Part shown: piece after piece, positions 29,521 through 39,776 of the stretch | How the letters are laid out: every line of letters begins with the position of its first letter | Position numbering within the stretch: position 1 is the stretch's first letter | Origin: Candidatus Poribacteria bacterium | Lineage (GTDB): Bacteria > Poribacteria > WGA-4E > WGA-3G | Length of the DNA stretch: 64,000 nt | Reading direction: 5' to 3' | Assembly (NCBI GenBank): GCA_965205015.1 | Contig: OZ242029.1 | Coordinates: 5,568,001 to 5,632,000 of the forward strand | Position numbers and translations under genes: made by a program | Notes under the pieces: generated by a model | Told to the model about the DNA's origin: nothing | Databases searched by the model: none | Seen by the model: only the letters and a program-made list of their open reading frames with translations

Positions 29521-31725
29521 TCACTCATACTCAGATATTGTCAAGGGTGTCAGTGATGGGTCAAGTCGTTTTGTCGTACCCCCACGACTAAACCGAACGG
29601 TGACATAAACACCACGCCCCGCGCTACTGATTTTGGTTATCTTCCCCCTTCCGAATTGCGGATGGAGAACAATTTGGCCAACGTGATAATCCGCTACATC
29701 TTCAGAAACCCCCTCATACAAGCCTCCTGACTCACGGAAGGGAGATCGGTACCGATCCACAGGCTTGATGAGATGTTCTGGAATTTCGGAAATAAAACGA
29801 GATTGCACGCGATACTCCGTCTCTCGAAACGTCCTCCGCGAACTGGCATGCGAGAGATATAGCTGCTCCATTGCCCGCGTGATCCCAACGTAACAGAGTC
29901 GTCGTTCTTCCTCCAATTCCGCTTGCGTATCAAGAGAGCGTTGATGCGGCAGATACCCCTCTTCCATACCCACGATGAAAACAAACGGAAACTCCAAACC
30001 TTTCGCACTGTGTAAGGTCATCAATGTAACCATATCGGTGGTATCGGTCTCCATCGCATCTATATCCGCCGTAAGCGCCACGTTTTCCAAATAATCCGAA
30101 AGCGTGGGTTCGGATGTGTTCTGTTCGTATTCGATAACGGCGTTAATCAATTCTTCGATGTTTTCAACCCGGTTCTGCGCTTCAATCGTCTTCTGAGACT
30201 CTAAATTTTTTAGATAACCTGTCACTTTCAACACATAGTCAAGGGCATCAACGGGCAGCATAGATGCATCGAAATCATCAAAAATTTTGGCGAAGCGTTG
30301 CACTTTCGTCTGCAGCCCGCGGTTAATCGCGGTGATTTCATCGACGCGCTGGATAGCCGCAAAGAGAGAGATTCCTTGGCGCGCCGCAAAATTGATGAGC
30401 CGGTCAAGTGTTGTCGCACCGATGCCGCGACTTGGCACGTTGATGATACGTCGAACACTTACCGAATCGTTGGGATTGCACACCACACGGAGGTAAGCAA
30501 GGAGATCCTTGATCTCCATCCGATCATAGAAACCGACACCTCCGACAATCTGATACGGGATATTCGCGGTGCGGAACGCCTCTTCAAAGATTCTGGACTG
30601 CGCATTGGTTCGGTAAAAGACGGCAAAGTCTTTGTAATCCACACCTTCATCGTGCCAATCCTCAATTTGCGTGCCGACGTAACCCGCCTCGTCGTTTTCG
30701 TCCATCGCCTCGTAGCAGGTAACAAGTTCACCAAGATCGTTTTGGGTCCAGAGTTTCTTCGCTTTTCGCGCCCTATTGTTGTGTACGACCCCCCATGCGG
30801 CATCCAAAATATTTTGCGTGGAACGATAGTTCTGCTCCAAGCGGAGGACACGTGTGTCCGGATAATCCTTCTCAAAATCAAGGATATTCCTGATATCCGC
30901 ACCCCGGAAGGCGTAAATGGACTGGTCATCATCCCCGACGACACAGATATTCTGCTTCGTGTCGGTTACCAATAAGTTCACCAACTCATACTGACACCGG
31001 TTCGTATCTTGATACTCATCAACGAGGATATATTGAAATTTGTCCTGATAAAATTGACGGACCTCAGGATCTTCATTCAGGAGTTGCACTGTGAACAGTA
31101 GCAGGTCATCGAAATCAAGAGCGTTATTGAGGCGAAGCGCATCTTGATAGAGGACATAGACCTCCGCAACGATCCGCTCAAAATAGCCATCTGCGATATG
31201 TCGGTACGCCTCCGGGGATATCGACTCATTTTTCGTGCGACTGATGTGGCTGAGGATCGCGCGCGGGTTGTACTGCTTGTCACTATAATTAAGTTGTCGA
31301 AGTACATCTTTGACGAGTGTAGCTTGCTCCCCCGTATCAAAGATCGTAAAGTCGCGGGTGTAGGCGTGACGTGTGGAGCGGGGAACCTCCGCAGACGCTG
31401 CATTCGCGCCTAATTTCTCAATATCTCGGCGGAGGATACGCGCACAGGTCGCGTGGAAGGTTGCCACCCAGAGGTCTCGGCTCACGCTGCCTTTAACAAG
31501 CACCTCCAGCCGATCCTTCATCTCCCGTGCTGCTTTGTTCGTAAATGTTACAGCGAGGATCCGGAACGGTGAGACATCGTGATGTTCGAGGAGGTAGGCG
31601 ATACGGTGTGTGATGACGCGCGTTTTTCCACTGCCTGCACCGGATAAGATGAGGAGCGGTCCTTCGGTATGTTGGACGGCTTCGCGCTGAACATCATTTA
31701 AGGAACTTAATAGGTTATCGGTCAA
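29521..31725 (-). CDS. pcrA: ATP-dependent DNA helicase PcrA/UvrD
   Basis: GAGSGKTRV, TFTNKAA, VDEYQDTN, VGDDDQSIY.FRGA, LEQNYRST, HSAKGLEF, EEERRLCYVGITRA. Confidence 0.96.
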   Translation of the reverse strand: MTDNLLSSLNDVQREAVQHTEGPLLILSGAGSGKTRVITHRIAYLLEHHDVSPFRILAVTFTNKAAREMKDRLEVLVKGSVSRDLWVATFHATCARILRRDIEKLGANAASAEVPRSTRHAYTRDFTIFDTGEQATLVKDVLRQLNYSDKQYNPRAILSHISRTKNESISPEAYRHIADGYFERIVAEVYVLYQDALRLNNALDFDDLLLFTVQLLNEDPEVRQFYQDKFQYILVDEYQDTNRCQYELVNLLVTDTKQNICVVGDDDQSIYAFRGADIRNILDFEKDYPDTRVLRLEQNYRSTQNILDAAWGVVHNNRARKAKKLWTQNDLGELVTCYEAMDENDEAGYVGTQIEDWHDEGVDYKDFAVFYRTNAQSRIFEEAFRTANIPYQIVGGVGFYDRMEIKDLLAYLRVVCNPNDSVSVRRIINVPSRGIGATTLDRLINFAARQGISLFAAIQRVDEITAINRGLQTKVQRFAKIFDDFDASMLPVDALDYVLKVTGYLKNLESQKTIEAQNRVENIEELINAVIEYEQNTSEPTLSDYLENVALTADIDAMETDTTDMVTLMTLHSAKGLEFPFVFIVGMEEGYLPHQRSLDTQAELEEERRLCYVGITRAMEQLYLSHASSRRTFRETEYRVQSRFISEIPEHLIKPVDRYRSPFRESGGLYEGVSEDVADYHVGQIVLHPQFGRGKITKISSAGRGVYVTVRFSRGGTTKRLDPSLTPLTISEYE

Positions 31726-31874
31726 CGGTTACCCCTTGCCTCGTTGTATTATTTGTAAGATATATTTGCGAGTCGTGTGTTATAGTCCCCAATTTCATGC
31801 TATAAAGTATACACAATTTGGGATTAATTTTGCAAGGGGAAATTTCAACGGCATGTCCACTATGAACAACTCTT

Positions 31875-32237
31875 TTACCCATCCACACCTTCCTGAACGA
31901 CGGGTACTGTAGATTTCAACTTCCGCGCCACAAGCGCGTAAAGACTCACTCCTGCTTTTGCTGCTTCGTCCGTTAGGTCATGATAAAGTTGGGCTTCAAT
32001 GGCAACTTTAAAGGGGGCTTCATCCTCCGGCCGAGTAGGTGCTTTGGGAACAGGTTCATGATGCTTTTGATAACTCTCTTTAACACCTTTCCAAGCGAGC
32101 GCGAGCTCCTTTAACGCCCCTTCTGGTGTATCTGAAAACGCTGATACATTAGGCATCTCAACAAAATGGGCTAAGTAATCACCATCCTCATCAAGAAATA
32201 CGTTCACGTTAAATCCGTCAAACACATCCTTATTCAT
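31875..32237 (-). CDS. hicB: HicB family antitoxin
   Basis: DEDGDYLA.F.E.P.VSAF.DTPE.AL.EL plus a C-terminal RHH-like segment (LYH.L..EA...GVSL). Confidence 0.85.
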   Translation of the reverse strand: MNKDVFDGFNVNVFLDEDGDYLAHFVEMPNVSAFSDTPEGALKELALAWKGVKESYQKHHEPVPKAPTRPEDEAPFKVAIEAQLYHDLTDEAAKAGVSLYALVARKLKSTVPVVQEGVDG

Positions 32238-32472
32238 TTTGCGTCTCCTGATCATATTGCATGAGAAATTCTCTTACCTGATATCCTTTTGCTTGTCCTC
32301 TCTTAGACTGAATTGGTAAACGATATCGATAAGGCGAGTACCAGATGCGGTGGCTCCCCGTCTGATGGTCAAAGATCCATCCACAACGAGCAAGTAAGGA
32401 TTCAAATTCACGAAAACTCAAACCGTTCGGGCTATTTCTTGCTTTTGCTAACAGCCTGTTTTTTCGTTTCAT
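32230..32472 (-). CDS. hicA: HicA family mRNA interferase toxin
   Basis: L.F.EF..LL...G.......GSH.I......L.IQ...G.AK.YQVR. Confidence 0.87.
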   Translation of the reverse strand: MKRKNRLLAKARNSPNGLSFREFESLLARCGWIFDHQTGSHRIWYSPYRYRLPIQSKRGQAKGYQVREFLMQYDQETQNE

Positions 32473-32533
32473 ACGGATCCGATCCACTTAAGTTTACAGG
32501 TTTTCAGACAATATTGCAACCGTGTCTCAACCT

Positions 32534-35404
32534 TCAAATGAGGTATTCCTTCAAGAACTGTCCCGTATAAGAGGCTTTGACTTTCGTAATATCTTCAGGC
32601 GTGCCGTGCGCCAAGACCTCTCCCCCTTTATGTCCGCCTTCTGGACCGAGATCGATGACATAATCCGCAGTTTTGATGACATCCAGATGATGCTCAATCA
32701 CAATGACGCTATGCCCATTATCAACGAGACGGTTGAGACTGTCTAAGAGTTTCTGCACATCTGCCAGGTGAAGTCCTGTCGTCGGCTCATCTAAAATATA
32801 CAGATTATGCCTGCCTCGCTTGATTTTACCGAGCTCGCTTGCCAACTTTATCCGTTGTGCCTCGCCACCGGAGAGGATCGTCGCGGGGTGCCCAATCTGG
32901 AGATATCCCATACCGAGTTGGTACAGGACATTCAATTTATGATGAATCAACCGCTGATCGGAGAAGAACGCAACGCCTTCCTCAATTGACATATTGAGAA
33001 TCTCGGAGATATTCTTTCCGTTGTAAGTAACATCAAGTGTATCCTCATTATAGCGCGCCCCCTTACAGGTCGGACAAACGACTTCAACATCCGGCATAAA
33101 GTGGAGCTTGGTGGTGATAGTGCCTTCGCCGTGGCACTCCTCACACCGCCCACCTTTGACGTTGAAACTGAACCGAGAGGCGGTATAGCCCCTATCAAGC
33201 GAGAGGGGAGTACTCGCGAACAGCTTACGGATATTATCGTAAAATCCGATGTAGGTGGCAGGATTTGAGCGCGGCGAACGCCCGATAGGGGACTGATCGA
33301 TGTTGATAACGTCATTCAAGTGCTGGTGCCCTTCCAGTTCGTCATGCGCCCCATAGAGCGTCCGACTGTCGTGGTAGAGAGAATAAAGCCGTTTGTAAAG
33401 AATCTCGTTGACGAGCGTACTCTTGCCTGAACCGGAGGCACCCGTGATGCAGATAAGCATACCGATCGGAATGTCAACGTCAATGTGTTTCAGGTTGTTT
33501 TCACTGGCACCCGTGATGCTCAAGAAGGCCCCATTCAAGTTACGACGCTGTTTGGGAAGCGGGATCTCGCGCTGCCCACTCATATAGAGTCCTGTCAGAG
33601 AGCGGGGACAATCCAGAATTGTCTCAAGTTTACCCTGAACGACGACCTCGCCGCCGTGGACACCGGGTCCGGGTCCGAGCTCAATAATATGATCCGCGGC
33701 ACGAATGGTGCTTTCATCGTGTTCAACAACGATAACGGTGTTCCCGATGTCCCGCAACCTCCGTAGCGTCTCTATCATCTTGACATTGTCTTTCGGATGT
33801 AAGCCGATACTCGGTTCATCGAGAACATAGAGCATCCCCATCAACCCGGATCCGATCTGTGTGGAGAGACGAATACGCTGCGATTCGCCCCCAGAGAGTG
33901 TCGCAGAACGGCGATTGAGGTTTAGGTAATCGAGACCGATACCGAGCAGGAGATTAATCCGAACGACGAGTTCCTTGATAACACGGTTGCCCGCCTCCCG
34001 CTGCTTCTCTGGAATATCCGTGATAGCCAATAAGAAATCCCGTAATTCTTCAAAGTGCAATTCGCCGACATCATGAATTGTTTGACCCTCAACCGTAACG
34101 AGAAGTCGCTGTCGCTTGAGTTTGGCACCGTGGCAATCAGGACAGGTCCGTTCCACCATGACTTTTCGGAGATATTCCTCCATCCCAGAGTGTGCCTCGC
34201 CCTGTTTCCGATAACGCCGATAGTGCCTATCAATCCGAGTGATGATCCCATCAAAACGGATGTTCCGACCGAGATGCCGTCTTTCAACCGGACGTGCCCC
34301 TTCGGGTTGCAGGATCGGAAATTCCTCACCGTGCGTGCCGTGATAGAGGATATCAACCACCTTCTCTGGAAGGTCTGCAAAAGGAACATTCAGGTCAAAT
34401 CCGTAGTGTCCAGCGAGACTGTACATCGTTCTACCATCCCATCTATCGGGATCGTAGTTAAACGCTTGGTGGACGAAAGCCCCTTCGGCGATGCTGCGAC
34501 GCTTGTCAGGAACGAGTAGGTTTGGATGCACTTGCAAATAGGTACCGAGTCCCGAACAGGTTACACACGCCCCCGTCGGTTCATTAAAGGTAAAGTGATG
34601 CGGTCCCAGTTCAGCCATAAGCACGCCGTGTTTAGGGCACCCGAAACCCTCTAATAACCCTATTGCCTCAGTTTCGGCATCCTCTGGAAACTGCACATCA
34701 AAACGCATGAACCCTTCGCCGACGAGCATGGCGTGTTCAAGGGAGGCGAGTACCTGTTTGTCAATATCTTTTTTGATAAAGAATTTGTCAACGATAACTT
34801 GGATGTCATACGCCTGATCCGGATCGAGCTCAATTTCTTCGCTGATGTCGTGTTCCACCCCGTCAATCCTGACGTGTCTACACCCCTTCGTACGAATGTC
34901 GTCAAAGAGATAGTCATAATCCTCGCCGTAGATTTTGAACACTGGGGCGTGAATCTCAACCTCACTGCCTTCTGGCAGTGCGAGCATCCGTTCTAAGATC
35001 TGATGATGCGAACGGATCGGGATTTCAGCTTCACAATACGGACAATGCGCAACACCGATAGTTGCGAAGAGCATACGGAGGTAGTCTTGCAAATCGGTCA
35101 TCGTGCCGACGGTGGAGCGCGGGTTCATCGTGATCGTTTTCTGTTCGATAGAAACGACAGGGGACAATCCATCAATGAAATCGACATCCGGTTTTTTCAG
35201 TTGTGTGATAAAGCGTTTGGCGTAAGTGGACATCGACTCCAAGAATCGACGCTGTCCCTCGGCATAGACGGTATCAAACGCCAATGAAGATTTACCGGAA
35301 CCGCTGATGCCCGTGACGACGACGAGTTTATCTCGTGGAATCTCAACTTCAATATTTTGTAGATTATTTTCTCGCGCGCCTTTAACGGCGACAGTCTGTC
35401 TCAT
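32534..35404 (-). CDS. uvrA: Excinuclease ABC subunit A
   Basis: [39 protein letters not shown], second ABC domain [20 protein letters not shown], Zn-finger CxxC pairs. Confidence 0.97.
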   Translation of the reverse strand: MRQTVAVKGARENNLQNIEVEIPRDKLVVVTGISGSGKSSLAFDTVYAEGQRRFLESMSTYAKRFITQLKKPDVDFIDGLSPVVSIEQKTITMNPRSTVGTMTDLQDYLRMLFATIGVAHCPYCEAEIPIRSHHQILERMLALPEGSEVEIHAPVFKIYGEDYDYLFDDIRTKGCRHVRIDGVEHDISEEIELDPDQAYDIQVIVDKFFIKKDIDKQVLASLEHAMLVGEGFMRFDVQFPEDAETEAIGLLEGFGCPKHGVLMAELGPHHFTFNEPTGACVTCSGLGTYLQVHPNLLVPDKRRSIAEGAFVHQAFNYDPDRWDGRTMYSLAGHYGFDLNVPFADLPEKVVDILYHGTHGEEFPILQPEGARPVERRHLGRNIRFDGIITRIDRHYRRYRKQGEAHSGMEEYLRKVMVERTCPDCHGAKLKRQRLLVTVEGQTIHDVGELHFEELRDFLLAITDIPEKQREAGNRVIKELVVRINLLLGIGLDYLNLNRRSATLSGGESQRIRLSTQIGSGLMGMLYVLDEPSIGLHPKDNVKMIETLRRLRDIGNTVIVVEHDESTIRAADHIIELGPGPGVHGGEVVVQGKLETILDCPRSLTGLYMSGQREIPLPKQRRNLNGAFLSITGASENNLKHIDVDIPIGMLICITGASGSGKSTLVNEILYKRLYSLYHDSRTLYGAHDELEGHQHLNDVINIDQSPIGRSPRSNPATYIGFYDNIRKLFASTPLSLDRGYTASRFSFNVKGGRCEECHGEGTITTKLHFMPDVEVVCPTCKGARYNEDTLDVTYNGKNISEILNMSIEEGVAFFSDQRLIHHKLNVLYQLGMGYLQIGHPATILSGGEAQRIKLASELGKIKRGRHNLYILDEPTTGLHLADVQKLLDSLNRLVDNGHSVIVIEHHLDVIKTADYVIDLGPEGGHKGGEVLAHGTPEDITKVKASYTGQFLKEYLI

Positions 35405-35527
35405 ACATGCCTCTTATTTTTTTAATTATTGAGTTTCTGCCCTGCTCTTCATTTCCCCCGCTTGCGGGGATAAAGCGGACAAAACTCTAAAACCAAATAG
35501 TTCCGACATCAACATATTTGAATAATT

Positions 35528-35956
35528 CTAATTCGTTGTCATTTGGTAGGCGACATCCACTTCGACTGCGGCATTGTACAAATCCGAATCCAACGTTGCG
35601 AGCGGTAAACCGAGACGGATTGAGAGTTCCAAGTAGCTGGCATCATAAGTCGTCAATCCATGTTTCTCTGCCAACTCACACACTGCCTTCATTGTACTGC
35701 TTTGGGTCGCTGCAGCAGTATCAACTTTAAGAGGCAACATCGCTATTACATCAAGATATTGCGACAAAACCTCTCTGCTTATACGCTTTCGTCGGTAAGC
35801 CATGAGTAACACGTTACTGACTTCCTGATAAAATAACGCAGGAACAACTACTACAGATACACCCTGTTGTAGGTCTTCCAGAAGTGCCTGCGCTTGTACT
35901 TCAACTTCATCAGGTAGAAGACCGGCAATTAGTACTGAACAATCAACGACCATCAT
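35528..35956 (-). CDS. vapC: VapC-type PIN domain toxin
   Basis: VVDCSV, VP.LF..EV.NVL, LTTYDASYLEL...L.LPLATLD..L..AA. Confidence 0.9.
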   Translation of the reverse strand: MMVVDCSVLIAGLLPDEVEVQAQALLEDLQQGVSVVVVPALFYQEVSNVLLMAYRRKRISREVLSQYLDVIAMLPLKVDTAAATQSSTMKAVCELAEKHGLTTYDASYLELSIRLGLPLATLDSDLYNAAVEVDVAYQMTTN

Positions 35957-36195
35957 CCGCGGCCTTTGTTCTTCCAATCTGTCACCTCACGAACCGTTCC
36001 AATAGGAAACTTTGCGCGTAACTCGATTAATTGACCGTAAGCATCATTCGCCTTACCTTGCCCGACGTCACAAGGGGGAACCATTATCGCCACAACTTTC
36101 CCTCTATTGGTTATAGAAAAACTTTCTCCGTTTTCAACACGCTTAAGAAGCCTTGACAAATGCGTCTTTGTTTCATGAACACCTATCTCAGTCAT
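35953..36195 (-). CDS. Phd/YefM family antitoxin
   Basis: IGVHETKTHLSRLLKRVE.GE...IT.RGK.VA. AGGAG RBS; start ATG 36195. Confidence 0.9.
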   Translation of the reverse strand: MTEIGVHETKTHLSRLLKRVENGESFSITNRGKVVAIMVPPCDVGQGKANDAYGQLIELRAKFPIGTVREVTDWKNKGRG

Positions 36196-36235
36196 TTTAT
36201 TGATACTCCTTTCCGAAAAAATATGCAAATCTGTT

Positions 36236-38185
36236 CTATAGGAACGGATTGTTTGCATCGAAATAATAGGCGGGTTCCTCTACGGAAGTTTGGCTGTCCT
36301 TTGTCAAACGGATGGGTGCTGAGAACTGTTCAATGACCTCTTTCTGTGCGAGCCACTCACACGCCAATTCAAAGGCGAGTTGACGGCTCCCGAAATGGGT
36401 ATAGATGTCGGTGATCGTGCGCTCCTCACCCGATTCTTCAAGGAAATCGAGCAACGGTTTGAACAGGGTCTGTAGATGCTCCTCTAAATACGCATCAATC
36501 CGTTCAAGGGCATCGCGAAGCATCGCTTCATCTTTCTGCTTATCTATTAGATCCGTGAAAACGGCGTTGAAAAAGGACGGGTTATGCGCAAGTGCTTGAT
36601 AGATAACCTTACGTCTCGGTGTTTCGCCGTGCAGGAGGACTTCAATGCGTGCCAATTCCCTGACCGCATACGTCAGGTAGAGAAATGTGTAATCGATATC
36701 GTGCTTGAGGTGGAACCACTTTTCGGCTTTTGCGAGGATAGCTGCCACGTTGGCGGCGGCATTAAGGAGTTGAGAGTGTTTATCCCGTTCACCGACCTGT
36801 AAATAGGAGGCATCTCCGACACTGTAGGGGCGAGGTGACCTCCCCTCTACAGAAAAGAGACTGTCCTTGGAAAAAAGGACACGGCTTTCTGCGAGAATCG
36901 AATGGAGCGAACTCCCTTGTAGCGTCCCCTCCAACAACTTTCTATAGTCACTGCGGGTGTGGAGTTGAACTCGGAACGGAATCCCATCTTCGATTAACTG
37001 ATATTCCTTCCGCTTGAATTTTGTTCCATCTCTCAGGATAAGCGTGATGTGAGGTGCCGTTTTCTCCCAGACGTTGTCTGCGGCGAGGTTACTGGTGAGA
37101 ACTGCGGCGAGGATGTACATGTCCTCTCTGAACGTATCCGTCAAATTGTCTAATGCCTGGTGAATTCGTGTGTGGATGTCCGTTTGCGGACGCACCTGAG
37201 AAGCATCGCGCGCACCGCTCGCTTCTACAGCACCATCGTAATAGTAGGCAGGTTCTTCCACGGAAACCTGGCTCTTCACTGTGAGGTTGATCGGCATCGC
37301 AACTTGCCTGATAATCCCTTTCCAAGCCAACCATTGACAGACCAAATCCAAGGATTCATCATCAAATTCGGAGTCTCGATCATTTTTACCATGCGCGCTG
37401 CGTCCTAAGTCGGCGTTTAATTCGGTGTTCGTGCGCGGTGCTTTCTGCGCAATGAGATACTCAAGAATGGGTTGGAAGATAAACTGTCGTGCATCAAGAT
37501 AGGCGTTAATTGCCGCCAATGCGTCCTGAAGGACTGCTTCCGTCTTTTCACAGTTGATTAAATCCGTATAGACTCGGCTAAAGAAATCAGGATTGTAACG
37601 GAGCGCGGGTTGAATCACCTCGCGTGCCGGGATTTCATCGTTCAAAAGCACTTCCAACCGTGCCAACCCTTGCACGACATTCAGAAGTGATAGGAAACAG
37701 GTGAGGCAATCTTTGTTGACGTAAAACTGCTTTTCAGCATAGATAAGGCTCGGCAATGTGCTGGCGATGACGTTGAGCAGTTGGAACTGTTTATCGCGTT
37801 CACCGATGTTGGTGCGGCTGGCGTTTTTATCATACCACTCTTGGATAGAGGTATCATGTGAAAAGAGGAGCGTGCTGTGCGAGAAATAGGAGTGCATGAA
37901 GGACCCCTGTTGCGCGCCCTCTATTGCCTGCTTAAAAGCGTTACGTGGGGTTACGTTGGCGTGGATATTGACACCATTTTCAACGAGCGAAAAGAAAGAT
38001 TGCGTCGGACGAATCGTATCTCTGCCAATGAGTTCCACATCCAGATCCGATTTTTCCCATACCTGTGCATAAGAGAAACTGCCTGCAACAATAGCGGCGA
38101 GGACATAAGGATCCTTTTGAACCTTTTCGACAAGCAGATCCACGGCTTCACGGTACTGTTCTTCGATAACGTCTTGGGATTGCAT
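36236..38185 (-). CDS. Tandemly duplicated Pol-beta-type nucleotidyltransferase-like protein (YgxA/KNTase-like architecture x2)
   Basis: Two ~310-aa repeats, both ending SVEEPAYY. Repeat 1 has GS...VWEKSDLD; repeat 2 lacks GS and DxD. Confidence 0.72.
   Translation of the reverse strand: MQSQDVIEEQYREAVDLLVEKVQKDPYVLAAIVAGSFSYAQVWEKSDLDVELIGRDTIRPTQSFFSLVENGVNIHANVTPRNAFKQAIEGAQQGSFMHSYFSHSTLLFSHDTSIQEWYDKNASRTNIGERDKQFQLLNVIASTLPSLIYAEKQFYVNKDCLTCFLSLLNVVQGLARLEVLLNDEIPAREVIQPALRYNPDFFSRVYTDLINCEKTEAVLQDALAAINAYLDARQFIFQPILEYLIAQKAPRTNTELNADLGRSAHGKNDRDSEFDDESLDLVCQWLAWKGIIRQVAMPINLTVKSQVSVEEPAYYYDGAVEASGARDASQVRPQTDIHTRIHQALDNLTDTFREDMYILAAVLTSNLAADNVWEKTAPHITLILRDGTKFKRKEYQLIEDGIPFRVQLHTRSDYRKLLEGTLQGSSLHSILAESRVLFSKDSLFSVEGRSPRPYSVGDASYLQVGERDKHSQLLNAAANVAAILAKAEKWFHLKHDIDYTFLYLTYAVRELARIEVLLHGETPRRKVIYQALAHNPSFFNAVFTDLIDKQKDEAMLRDALERIDAYLEEHLQTLFKPLLDFLEESGEERTITDIYTHFGSRQLAFELACEWLAQKEVIEQFSAPIRLTKDSQTSVEEPAYYFDANNPFL
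36824..36850 (+). repeat. GTAG REP-like palindrome inside a CDS (gtaggggcgaggtgacctcccctctac)
   Basis: Near-identical to the reverse complement of 48173-48199. Confidence 0.75.
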
Positions 38186-38440
38186 GGGGTTCTCCTATTT
38201 CGGCGCAATTGGAAGTCGAATTTTGAGAAAAAAACAGAGATTTTCTATTATTAATTATACTATAAATCTGTTAAGAATGCAAGTCAATTTCATTAAAAAA
38301 TAGGGACAGTCAGCAATTAACAGAGAGCAACTTTCTTCGCATTGGACTTTAGCATTTGTGGAGTTTTTGCTAAGGAAGATGTATCTTTTCAAAAAAATCC
38401 TCAGTTTTTCAAAATTTAGGCAGTTGTAAACAAACGATTG

Positions 38441-39583
38441 TCAGTCTTTTTCGGGCTGGTTTTGGTATTCTGTTTTGAGTTCACCCCAGCGTGTCGGAAG
38501 TTTTCCACGCGCCTCAACCGGACGAGACCCGGTATCAAAGACTTCAACGATTGAAGAAAGTTCTCGATCTTCCGTCTTGCCGCCAAAGATATAAATCTTG
38601 CCGTTGACCGCCGCTATACCAAATGGCGACCTTACGGTTGGCCTCGCAGGAATCACACGCCATCTCTCAGTAGCCGGGTCATACACTTCAACAGGAGCAG
38701 GATGCCTATCCCCCGCTCGCAACCCGCCAATGAGATAGATTTTCTCGTCAATAACGACTGAAAAAAATACGATCCTCGGATTGGGCATATCAGCTCTCTT
38801 CGTCCACCGATTGATTCTCGGTTCATACACCTCAATCGTCCCAAGATAGGGACCTCCAGCCCCAGCTGGTGGCCACCCAGACCCACCAATAGCGTAAAGG
38901 GTGTCCCGAATAACCGCTGCCCTAACGGCATCGCGCCGTGTCGGCATGTCCGCTCGCTTTGCCCACGTATCAGTGGCAGGATCATAGACTTCCACAAGAT
39001 CAACACGTCCTGGCTCCTCAGGCTTCTTGTCCCTCGGATCAACGTTCCCACCAATGACATAGATTTTGTCAGCAACCACACCGATGCCGAATGCCGCACG
39101 GCGAACGGACAGGTCCTGTTTTCTGACCCACGTGTCGGTTTCCGGGTCGTACATCTCAACGACTTTCAGAGTTGTGAGATTCACATGGCGGTCATCCTTA
39201 CCCACACTTCCTGCCAAGACATAAATCTTGCCGTTAACAACAGCAGCCTTAGCACTGGACCGGACAGTCGGCATATCTGTGAGTCTCTCCCATGTGTTGG
39301 TTTCTGGGTCATAGACCTCCACCAGGGACATCCCGAAAGGACCCTTCCAAATACCAGGTTCATTTTCACGCCGAACACCCCGCAGATTTTCAAGGGGCGT
39401 GCCACCGATGAGATAAATCTTACCCTCTACTACAGCAGTCGCGAATCTACCTCGCGGTGTTGGGAGTTCGGAGATCACCCGCCACTCGTTCGCGGCAGCA
39501 TCTCCCATTGCAAAATGAGAGAGCACCACAACAACCCATCCAATCATACTCCCTTGTAAAGACCGAAGTATTTTCAACTGCAT
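38441..39583 (-). CDS. Secreted kelch-repeat protein with C-terminal 'GKLPTRWGELK' tail
   Basis: Six kelch repeats (GKIY.IGG...VEVYDP.T.TW....MPT.R) and a signal peptide. Start ATG 39583 with GGAGG. Confidence 0.9.
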   Translation of the reverse strand: MQLKILRSLQGSMIGWVVVVLSHFAMGDAAANEWRVISELPTPRGRFATAVVEGKIYLIGGTPLENLRGVRRENEPGIWKGPFGMSLVEVYDPETNTWERLTDMPTVRSSAKAAVVNGKIYVLAGSVGKDDRHVNLTTLKVVEMYDPETDTWVRKQDLSVRRAAFGIGVVADKIYVIGGNVDPRDKKPEEPGRVDLVEVYDPATDTWAKRADMPTRRDAVRAAVIRDTLYAIGGSGWPPAGAGGPYLGTIEVYEPRINRWTKRADMPNPRIVFFSVVIDEKIYLIGGLRAGDRHPAPVEVYDPATERWRVIPARPTVRSPFGIAAVNGKIYIFGGKTEDRELSSIVEVFDTGSRPVEARGKLPTRWGELKTEYQNQPEKD

Positions 39584-39776
39584 CGATACCTCCTCCTGAA
39601 TATAAGATTCACACAAAACTCCCGTCAAGCAAAAACACGGACATTTATTATCAAACTCATATTATAATAACCAATCATATTTTTTCAAGGACAAATTCCG
39701 TCCGATTTGGTATAATAAACCCAAGTTGTTATCTACGAATCTACCCTAAAATTCAAACGGAATAGAGCAATAAACT

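Noticed and set aside
27559-29528. gatC-gatA without gatB, and larB without larC/larE, as unusual
   Set aside because: Split gatCAB and lar loci are common; the partners may simply lie outside the window.
35452-35470. ccccgcttgcgggg palindrome upstream of uvrA as an SOS box
   Set aside because: A GC hairpin more like a small repeat or terminator for vapC; no matching motif seen upstream of recX or pcrA.
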